From Paraspadella gotoi (taxonomy: Eukaryota; Animalia; Chaetognatha), in contig JBJCIZ010000744.1 of assembly GCA_051294375.1 (NCBI GenBank), positions 1,292,262 through 1,356,261 on the forward strand: 64,000 nucleotides of DNA, read 5' to 3'. The notes under the pieces were generated by a model. That model saw only the letters and a program-made list of their open reading frames with translations. It was not told the origin of the DNA and did no database searches. Shown piece by piece: positions 10,783 through 21,367 of the stretch. A program made the translations under genes and the position numbers. The stretch's first letter is position 1, and every line of letters starts with the position of its first letter.

Positions 10783-13700
10783 AGCGTCGAGGGTGAAGGC
10801 GTTCTCTTCCTTGGTCGCCATGACTCCCGCCTTTTGATATTCGCCGACGCGTTTCTCGAAGAAGTTCGTTTTTCCTTCCAGACTGAAAAAGGAGGGACAG
10901 AAGGGAGGGGGAGATGGTGAAAGTCGGGAATCAAGCGACTGCGCAAGAATGATACGTACGCGCGTTAAAAGTCTGATGGAACCTTAACTTTCGACAAAAT
11001 ATGAACTAAATTGATAGAGTATTACCAGAGTGAGGAGCATTTTCAAAGTAACGGAACAACGGACAGACAAAAGCGAGCGATCGACTCCCTAAGTGTCTAA
11101 TAAAATTAAGAGTGGGGACCAAAAAAAAAAAAAAAAAAAAACAAAAGGGCGAAAGTTAAACGAATGGTGAAAATAAAAAAAAACAGGAAATGGAACCTAA
11201 AATAAATTAAGTTTAATTTAAAATATATTAAGTTTAATTTAATGGATTAACAGAAAAAGAGTAAAGACGAAAAGGCTTTCTCAGGACTTACCCAGCGACT
11301 CTGTATCCCCCCCCCCGCACCTTCTCCCTCTTTTCTCCTCTCCCTCTCCCTAATCTTTCTCCCCCCCCTCCCTCTTCCTCTCTTCACCTGATGTGCTCCA
11401 TAAAATCGAATGGGTTTTCCGCGTTGAAATGATTTCCGCATCCGAGTTCGCGAAGGAGTCGATCCGCGACGAACTCGATGTACCTTTTTTATTTTAAATT
11501 AAATTAATTAATTTAAATTTAATACATTCTACCTCTTATATCATATCAGATTAGAAAAAAGAAAAAGGACGTGTTTCGACTCTTTTTGAAAAATACTCTC
11601 ATTAAACTTATTTAACGATCAATGCAATGTCAAGCATATTAATCATACAAATCAAAAGCACACCAATCAATTTGTGCTATTCTTTATCTAGGGTTCATCA
11701 ATCTATCGTGGGACTCATCGAGCATAAGAGCTCTTCACGCTTCTATCATTTTCATTTATTTCATTCGCTTAATGGACAATATGTCATGATTACTTACCTT
11801 CATAACCTCAGATTAATTCATCAAACGACATACCGATCAATTAACGAAAAGATCACTGATAATGTGAATAAAAAGGAACATTAAACATAAACATAACATA
11901 AACAACCCCTAAAATATTTCAACTACAACAACAACTAACCAATCAATCCAATGAAAACCAACTCGACTGTCAATCACCTCTTCATCAGGTCGCAGTTCAT
12001 CCCGATGAGGTTGACGGGTAACGCGACGCTGAGGAACTCCTTCTCGATGTCCACGGCGTCGACGATAATCTCGAGGACGCGCGAGGCCGACGGTTTGTGG
12101 ACGAGGTGCTTGAACATCAGGCAGGCGAAGTCGCAGTGGAGACCCTCGTCGCGGGAGATGAGCTCGTTGCTGAAGGTCAGGCCTGATTAGAGAAAGTGGG
12201 GGGGAAGAGGAGGAGAAACCGATGAGTCGATTGGGAAAATTTTAATTGCTACACTAATGACAAAAGTGAATTCGTGAAATAGGACGATGAAATGACACAG
12301 GAATATAATTTATGACAGGTCAATGTCAATGCGACAATATGCAAATGAGATTGATGAGCTCAATCTCATTTTCGGTTGCGTCAAAAGTTCATCCCTTATA
12401 TATAAACTAGTAAACACAATAATAGTGTTACTGCTAAAGCTAAAACGTACTACATGCAAATTAATTTAACAATCTTAACGATTCGATAATTATTTTATAA
12501 TTATTTTCCTTTTCTAAAACACGGCAAAAAACTTTTCTAAAGGAAAATAGTTATCAAACTAGAAATCCAAAAGCCAAACACGCCCCCCTCCCACCGTTTC
12601 CAAAACTCACCCGGCATGAGTCCCCTCTTCTTGAGCCAAAATATGGCGGCGAAGGATCCGGAGAAGAAGATCCCCTCGACGGCGGCGAAGGCGACGACCC
12701 GTTCCGCAAAGGTCGCCTTTTCCGCGTTGATCCAGTTCAAAGCCCACTCCGCCTTTTTCTTCACGGCTGGGGTGAGGGGGAAGGGGCGAGGATCGTGAAA
12801 CGGGAGATGATTGGTTGTGAACATCGATCAACGAGACTTTCACTATTCTTTCGGTGAAGAGACTCACTTTAGACTCGCGAGCGGACTTGTCATCCCTCTT
12901 TGCCAGCGTAATTAGAGGCAAAATTTGAATTAGTTCAACAACGATTTATTTGTATTATAACGGACATGTTTCGGCTTTATTTGCAAGCCTTCTTCAGCGT
13001 CAATTTAGTTCAAATTGTGCCTCTAATAAAAACACAACGAAACAGAAAGGATTACAATACAATCCAACGTACAACGTAAATAATATTAAAAACTCCTCCG
13101 TCGCGCAGATAGCCACATACTGAATGATAAACAACGCGACAGTCGCTTAGCAACCCGCCCCCTTTTCTTACCCGGCAGATTCTCTATAGCATTGAAGAGA
13201 AAGTCCTTCTCCTCATTGTCCTTGATGTATGTGTCGATCAAGAGGCTGTACATCTCAGAGTGAATGTTTTCGATGGCGATTTGAAATCCGTAAAAGCATC
13301 GCGCCTCCGGGATCTTTTAAAATAGGAGAGAGAGAGAAAAAAATATGAGTTTTGAAAAACGGATGGAGAGTAGACACATTTGAATCCGACAAAGTTTTAA
13401 TTAGATAACCAGTCTGGGTGTCATTCTGTTCGTTTTTCCAAGCTCTTTTTAACTAAAAAAGTTTCATTTAAAAAAAAAAAACTTTTTCGCCCGAGTAAGG
13501 GGTGTTGAAGAGTCAAAATATGGAAATTCACCATTTTTTATCTTTTTCCAGTTAATTTTTTTAATATAATAATCTTTAATCAAGTTAATTACTTCTGATA
13601 ATGATTTTAATTTATCCTATTTAACTGTTTTTAAAATCATTCATTAAAAAAATATTAGTTTTTAGCTTAAGCCAAGGGTGTTGAAGAGCTAAAATGTTTA

Positions 13701-16700
13701 AATATTTTTTTTTAAAATATTTATAAATTATAATTTATTATTTTTTTAAAGATAACTTATTTTAATTATGGTAATGAAAATATTTGATATCTTTAAATGC
13801 TTTTAGGCGACTTACCACAGCTTTTAGTTAATCAATTAATTTAATAATGTTTTTTAAAACTGAAAACCCCAAAAACTTCTATGATCCAAAGCAATTAATT
13901 TTAACTTTTAATCACAAAATATAATTGTTATAAGATAAAATTATTTAAATAATATTTGGATATTACTATTAAAAAATGTTTACTTTATACTATATAAATT
14001 TATTTAAAAAATAATTTAAAAATGATATCTGAATATAAATTTTGTACGGATAAGAGTAATAGTTTGGTTTAACTCTATATACAAATATTTTGTTATTAAA
14101 TAAAATAATTTTTCTTTTAATATACAATAATTTTTAAAAAAATAATTGTTTTTTACTTTTTTCTTAAAATAGTTGTTTAACAAAAGTTTTGTTTTTCTCA
14201 CTAAATCTAAAAACACAAGGAAAAGAAAGTTAAGATTTATAAAAGATTAATTAAAATAATTACCTCTTATAGTCCGATTCATATATTTAAATTAATTTAT
14301 AAATTCATTTAAATACTATTTTAATATATAATAATATTGTTAATTGTTAATTAATACTTGATTAGCAAATTATTAACAAGTTTAAATTATAAACATTGTG
14401 TTGAACTTTTTTATTAAATTTTTAGATTTATAAAAAAATTTTATGTTAACAAAAAATTTAATAAATTTGTTAACAATTTATTTTTATCGTTGTTAACAAA
14501 TTCATTAAATTTTCTTTGTAATCTCTAAAAACAACAAAAAAGAAAGGATCAAACAATGAATATGTTAACAAATATTTTTTTAATGAAAAAAAGTTTTTAA
14601 AGTCTAAATTAAAATTTTAATTAAAATATAAATACATTTCTATCCTAGCATCCCACGTAAGTCCCTCCCCTAGCCATAACCTCCGCTTTGCATCCAAGGC
14701 CAAGCATGAACCTTGAACCTATCATCGCCCATAAAACTTTTCCCATCTGTAACTTCCCAGTGGGGTATAACTACAACAACCTTGTTGATCAATAATTCAC
14801 TTTTACTTATTCAACCTGAATTACAATTACCTCAAATGTTAAAACAAAACTAACCCTTAACCTGTTTTTGATAATGTCAATACTGTTTTTGTATAATAAA
14901 AAAAAAATTAACCTAATTTTGGTAAAATTGCTATAAAAGAACATTAGTTTCAGTTCATTAACAAAATTATTATTTTCTATGCGATATGCATAAAATCTGG
15001 ATAGTGATATCATTTGAATAATTATATCTTGTTTTAACAATTTCATTATATGATTAAAAAATTTTATGATTGCTTTTTTTTAAGATGAATCTTTAAAAAA
15101 AACTTTTAAAAAATAGGTCACAATAGTTTTTAATGCTTTTAATTATAAAAAAATTAATTAACTATGTTAATTAACTTAAAAAACATTTAAAATTTTCAAA
15201 TATTTTTATTATCATGATTAAAATATGTAATCCTTAAAAAATAATAAATTATTATTTGAAATATTAAAAAAGACAATTTAGAAATTTTAGCTCTTTAACA
15301 CCCTGGCTTAAGCCCTAAACTAATATTTTTTGTGAATGAATGTTTTAAAAATAGTTAAATATTAGACACATTTTTTTCGCGAAAATGATCATAGAGTCTC
15401 AAAAAGGGTGTCATTGTTCGTATTTAAATGTTCTTTATGAAAAAAACCTTGGAACCTTTTTTTATACATCTTCGCCTCTCCCAGAGGGCGTCAAAGTGCC
15501 ACGAGCGTCAATTATACGATTTTTGACAATTTTCCTTATTTTCTTGTGATTATAATTAATTTTTAAATAATTTTATAATGATATGTTATGATTTTATTAG
15601 ATTTATTCATATAAAATATATTTATATAAGATTTTATTGCATTGTATCAGTATCTTTAAACCGGAAAAAATTTCGTAGACCGGAATTGACTCTCAAAAAC
15701 CATTTTAATTTGGATAAATATTTTAACGTAGGAAGTTTGCCAAAAAAAAAGAAAGCTAGAATTATTATAGTTTTGTTTATTTAAGTATTTATATCTAATG
15801 AATCGATTTTTTAAGGTTTTCTTCCTATAAATACAATGCAAACCCGAGTGCCGCTTTGATATTACGAAGCGGCGGAACATTTTCAGACTCGCCATGTGAA
15901 CCTCCAAAAGGCAGAGATGTTCTTTGCGCTTCTTTTGTTGTGTTTTGTGATTTAATGCGAAATATTTCAGTTTCAACAACATTTTATTTACATACATTAA
16001 ATATTTAGCATTAAAGAAAATTTACCATACGCACGACTCTTATTTTATCGGCGATTTCTGCCACGAAAGGAGTTCTATGCGAGCGGCCGCTCTGGCGCAA
16101 AAGTTTCGCTTTACACAAAGTCATTGCAAAAGATGCAAAAAAGACAGGATGCACGGGACGAAGAGACGCAGATTTGTTCATTGATTTTTCTCAATTTATA
16201 AAAATTTGGATCGCGCGACTGGGATCAAGTACGATTTGACCGTCAAGGCCTAATCAAGAAAAAGATTTTGATTAGAAAAACAGACTGGATTAATTTTGAA
16301 ACTTAATTTGAAAGTAATGTAAAATATTTTTTTTTAAAAAGCTTTTCATAATTAAAATATCAAGTTTTAAGATTACAGGAAGACAACTGTGCCATACCCT
16401 CAGATATCATAAAAGATCCAGAGATTTCATCACTAAATCGGACACGATAACAATTCAGAATGAGTCATGCCGGACGCTAAACATCAAAAAAATGCTGAAA
16501 ATTATTCAGCAGCGAGTGGATACGGTCAGCCATCTGCGCTGCATTCGGGCGCGCCTATCACCGACAATATTTTATTCCTGTCGCGGCGTAATTTCATAAC
16601 GTTTTTTCTCTCACATCGCTATTGCCGAGATCTGTAGAGAAGTAAATCTTGTAAAGTTCAATTTAAAAAAAATGTTTTTTTCTCGAGGAACTTTAAATTT

Positions 16701-19700
16701 CCAGAAATTCTTCAAACTTTCTTAATGGAAAAAGACCGATTACTAAGAAGTGTCCTTAAAAATGAGTGCGTGTCGCTTGTGTGTCGCGGCCCCGGGATGG
16801 AAAAAGTTTTTTGGAGACACTACAATTGGGGAGAGCACGGACTCTTTTTAGTACGCCGTGAATTTTCAGGATTTTTTCAGGGAATTAATTGCATTGACGC
16901 GACCACCCCAAAAGCAGTTTTAAGCACTAATTTCTTAATGTCACCATAAACTTTTGTTAATGAATCCATTATTTTATCTTTTTTAAACCTTGTCCTTTGT
17001 CAGTTTTCTTGTAGCAATAAAAAGTATTTGAATGTGTGAAATCTATTTTTTTGTTTTTAAAAAAAAGTTCATGCCAATAACGTAACTTCGGTTTTAATAT
17101 ATTATTAAAAATTCTCAATAATGATTGAGCTGTTTAAATTTCGATTAAATATATCGGGTAACATTTAAGATAACAAATAATACAAATTTTTATCATTATT
17201 TTTATAATTATTTTAAAAAATTTTATGAAAAACCTGAGAAATTTGCTGAAAGTTATTTTGACGCCCGTGGAACTTTAACGCTTGTGGAAAAGCGAGATAT
17301 TAAAAAAAATGTAATAAAAAATGCCTTTATTTTGTATAGCTCTAAAATACGAACAGAATGACACTTTTTGAAAATCTATGATCATTTTCCGCGAAAAAAT
17401 GTGTCTATTAAATATGATATTTTAAAAGCATTATCATTAGTAATTAACTGATTAATGAATAATTATATTAAAAAATTACTGAAAAAAGCTAAAAAAATAC
17501 TCATAAAAGGTGAAATTCCATATTTTGGCTTCTTTAACACCCCTGGCTCGGGCGAAAAAGTTTTTTTTTTTAAATAAAACTTTTTTAGTTAAAAAGAGCT
17601 TGAAAAACGAACAGAATGACACCGAGACTGGTTGTTTATTTAAAACATGTGGATCAAATTGTCTAATGGAGAGAGAGAGAAAAAATATTGAGTTTTGATG
17701 TGAGAGAGAGAAAAAAAAACCGCTAACGCTTATTTCCATGGAAAGATGGTAACAAGCGCGGATTTTATGCCAAAGGTCGTTGGGTTCGATTCTCATACGT
17801 ATTTGAATGAAGAAAAAACAATGATAGAAAGAGAGCGAAAAAAAGAAGCGAGAAAGCGAGAGAGAGAAGGAAATGCGGAAAATTAGAAAGGGTAAGTTGA
17901 AAGCGTTGGGCCCATGAAAAGGCAAGGAAAAGCCATTTATGACCAATGAGAATGCTACAATTCCGACGCCAAAAAAATTTGATCAGCCTGCGGGCCTGAG
18001 GCGCGGCAGAGCCGGCCTTTGTTTTTTAGCCAATCAGGAGGCGGAGAGAAAGGCAGAGAGGCATTTCAAAAACCAAAGGAAGAGAGTTTCTTATATTACA
18101 TTTTCGTCACGCTTTCGTGTCAAAACAAAATTTTAACTGAAGGGAATGACATGGAGAATCCAGCAAATACCATATTGTAAAAAAAAGGGAGATAAGCATC
18201 ATAATTATAGAAAAATACTGAAATTTCAGCGGCAACGGCGACAGCAGCAGCAGGAACCACAACAACGGCGACAGCTACAGTGACAATGGAAAAAGAAGCG
18301 AGAGAGGCCACAAAAGAAACCCACAGCGACAACAGCAACAACGCAGAGAGCAGCAGCAGGAACCACAACTACGGCGACAGCTGCAGTGACAACAACGGAA
18401 AAAAGAAGCGAGAGAGGCCAGAAAAGAAACCCCACAGCGATCAGCAGCAGCAACAGAGATCAGCAGCGAATAAAAGCAACCCTTAGCGAAAGCGGTCAAA
18501 ACAGCGACAGCGGCAACAGCGTAGTAACCCACCTGAACTTCCTGCGTGAATCTCTCGACGAGATTCTCGTTGACGATTCCGTCGCTGGCGGCGAAAAAGG
18601 CGAGAACGTGGGAGATGAAGAATCGCTCGTCCTCCTGGAAGATTTAAAATGATTGAGATTAAATTAACCAATTATTTATTACAAAAATATTGCTTATCAC
18701 ACTGAAGTGACCCTCTCGACTATAAAATCATTATGGCGTCGGAATATTTTATATTAAAACTATTAACAATTACTTAAAACAAAAAAACCTCATCTTAAAG
18801 TCCTTAGACATAGTTTCAATTTAGGAAAAAATTTACATTAATAAGTAATCTAACCCCTAATCTTAATTTATTTGATATACTATTTAATGCAGAGACCTTT
18901 ATAATAATTTAACCATCAACAGTTGGAGGACAGAGACGGACCGACCTTCAAGGCCTCCCAGTGGGCGAGGTCCTTGGAGAGGTCGACCTCCTCGACGGAC
19001 CAGAACGACGCCTCCGCCTTTTTGTACATCCGCCAGATGTCGGGATATTCGATGGGAAGGATCACGAATCTGGGAGGGAGAAGAGAAGGCGAAAGGGGAT
19101 TAGAGAGAGAGAGAATGGAGAAGAATAAAGAGATGTAAGGATTAGAAAGGGGAATAGAGAGAAATTAGGAGATGATGATGATTGGCGAGTAGAATAGTGA
19201 AGGAATAGAGGGAAATAAAGAGAAGAATAAAGAGTTTGAAGGGATTAGAGAGACAAAAATAAAGAGAGAGGGTAAATAAATAAGGGAAGAATTGAGATGT
19301 CATTGAGAAAGAAAGAACATAATTAAATGTTTAATCATTGCCATACTTGACAATATTTTATTCAACATTTCTGTTGTTAAAATTGTAAAATCATTATCGG
19401 CAAAAATCTTTAAACAGAAGTCACGACTGAGAGCGATAAATTAATATCGTTTAATGAACCTTAGGCACATCAAATGAAAAACTCCAACGCGATTAAAATA
19501 TATCTCTAATTTAAATATTAAAAGCTCAAATTCTTAAAATTAAACAACTTCGCGGCAAATAATAATCGCCAACGCGCCAATTATGAACATCGAAAAAAAA
19601 ACCATTACAACCAAAACACTAATCGACCTCCAAATATTTTTTTTAAATGTCAACCTTTACAAATCAAAATCTTTCTCACCCCCCCCCCATTTTTCTCTCC

Positions 19701-19943
19701 CCTCCCCACTAACCTTCTTGGGTTAGGCCTGAGCAGCGGCTCGTCCTCCACCGCCTTCTCCTTCTCCCTCTCTATCTTCCTCCTCTTCTCCTCCGCGTCG
19801 AATGAGAAGGCGAGGGGCTTGAGAATGCCGGGCGTCGGCGCCACCTTCGCCGGCGACTTGGAAGGCGTCTTCAGCGGGGATTTGAGGAAGGAGGCCGAGG
19901 GGAGGTTCTCGGAGTTGGAGACGTTGGCGGAGAGGGCCGCCAT
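10774..19943 (-). CDS. RRM2: Ribonucleoside-diphosphate reductase small subunit (R2), 8 exons, 387 aa
   Basis: Exons 19943-19714, 19069-18946, 18634-18533, 13313-13172, 12766-12611, 12182-11978, 11483-11388, 10882-10774; GT-AG and phase-consistent (1164 nt). Motifs [89 protein letters not shown] and C-terminal FTLDADF. Confidence 0.98.
12958..13002 (-). ncRNA. Minimal type-I hammerhead ribozyme (Penelope pLTR-type remnant) in RRM2 intron 4
   Basis: Minus strand UGACG-CUGAAGA-A-GGCUU-GCAAAUA-AAGCC-GAAA-CAUG-UC^CGUUA. Helix I UGACG/CGUUA, helix II GGCUU/AAGCC, palindromic helix III ACAUGU, GUC cleavage triplet. Confidence 0.7.
13407..17633. mobile_element. Non-autonomous foldback/MITE-like composite element in RRM2 intron 3 with ~220-bp imperfect terminal inverted repeats
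   Basis: Left end AACCAGTCTGGGTGTCATTCTGTTCGTTTTTCCAAGCTCTTTTTAACTAAAAAAG is the reverse complement of the right end ...GAAAAACGAACAGAATGACACCGAGACTGGTT. Internal inverted pairs at ~13630-13970/14990-15360 and ~15362-15600/17170-17405. No transposase ORF and no clear TSD. Confidence 0.8.
18230..18470. repeat. ~106-bp tandem duplication rich in CAG/CAA, RRM2 intron 3
   Basis: CAGCAGCAGGAACCACAAC..ACGGCGACAGCT.CAGTGACAA...AAAAAGAAGCGAGAGAGGCCA.AAAAGAAACCC at 18245 and 18351. Confidence 0.85.
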
Positions 19944-20348
19944 CACGGAGAGAGGCTGAAAGGGGGGATTTTATTAATAAACTTATTTATTTGATTTTTA
20001 TCAATGAACTAATAAGCGATGGCCGTGCATGTTGGAGACGATTTTGTCTGAATATATTTAGTTCATTAATTCATAAAATGTTTATAATTAATTTATTTAA
20101 GATAAATTGTTGGGAAACCATGAGGATGAATGATAAAGTCAAAAAAGGGAAAAAAAGATGGTTAAATGGGACCGAAGTTCAGACTGATGTAATCGCATGC
20201 AACTCGGGGCGAATCGAGAATACGAAAAGACAAGTCCGGACTGAACGTCATAACGAGATGACTAAAAATCATCGATTGTCATGTATTTAGTACTAATTAT
20301 GGACATGTGGCAGCAAGACTTAAAGCTGCCTCACTGCTGTCCGTCCTC

Positions 20349-20562
20349 AGCCTCGTCTCAATGGCTGAGCAGGCTAAATCATCTCATTCCATCCGTGCGT
20401 CCCGGGTTCAATCCCTGGGTATCCCGGTTCTGGCTTAAATGTGACGGTGCCGGTATAAACATGCCAGTGACAGGAGGCGGTCACTCAGGGTCCGCAGCCC
20501 CTACGCCAGTTGGTGAGATACCCCGCGCCCCGGGTATCACAGGCTATCCTCCCGTTGCCATA
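20349..20562 (+). mobile_element. tRNA-derived SINE family A, copy 2 (more complete head)
   Basis: A-box-like TGGCTGAGCAGG (20362-20373) and B box GGTTCAATCCC (20405-20415). Body matches the reverse complement of 4568-4756. Confidence 0.8.
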
Positions 20563-20764
20563 GACAACATATTTCCACCTCCCCCCCCAAGCCGCCTCGA
20601 AACCCACCTTTCGTTTTACGGGCCAATTGGTCCGCGCCGTCGAGGCTGTGTCACCGAACGATTTGGATTTGTACATCTTGGAACGAGTTGTCGTCCGCGG
20701 GGAGGAAGCGATAGAAAATTAGGAGCAAAGGCGAAGTCGCAGAGAAGTTACGACGATTGGAGAT

Positions 20765-20875
20765 GGCGAAGTTATGGCGATTTGAAAAGGCGAAGTTAGA
20801 GCGATTTGAAAAGGCGAAGAAACGGCGAAGTTAGGGCGATTTGAAAAGGCGAAGTTATGGCGATTATAATGGCGA
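20765..20875. repeat. 24-bp minisatellite (GGCGAAGTTATGGCGATTTGAAAA) upstream of RRM2
   Basis: Units at 20765, 20789, 20824 and 20848, plus partial units. Confidence 0.9.
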
Positions 20876-21367
20876 TCCAGAAAGGACAGCAATGATTAAT
20901 TTCGTTTTAAATGGGACGTAATAAAAGTGAGTGATCACAATTGATTGGTAAGAATTTTGATTTTTTAGTATTTTGAGAAATGCTTTTTTTTTTCACTGGC
21001 TTTTTTTTTTGGAATGCTTGTATTTTGTATTTTTGAGATTCTTATGTGGTTTTAGGATTAATTTTTTTATTCTTACAATGCTCGATTATTGGGTTTCGAT
21101 ATTAATTTTCTGAAATAAGAAAACAAGTTACGCAAAAGCGCTATTAACAATTGAGGAAGAATGGACGGGAAAAGTAACGTGGCCACAAAATTGGCGTCGT
21201 AAAGAAAATAATGAATCTGGAATCATAAACCTGTGACGAGTGGAGGATAGCTTTGGTAAATTACGCCAATATTAACGACTAGGTACAACTAATGGTGCTT
21301 GGTGAGTTATAAGAGTTTAATTAATCCTTAAATGATTAATCAATTAATATTATAACTTTCAGAGGAT

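Noticed and set aside
17740-17800. tRNA gene (GGGTTCGATTC box)
   Set aside because: Only a degenerate B-box-like motif, with no cloverleaf.
20281-20799. 172-aa plus-strand ORF
   Set aside because: Runs across SINE-A and the minisatellite, with no protein motif.
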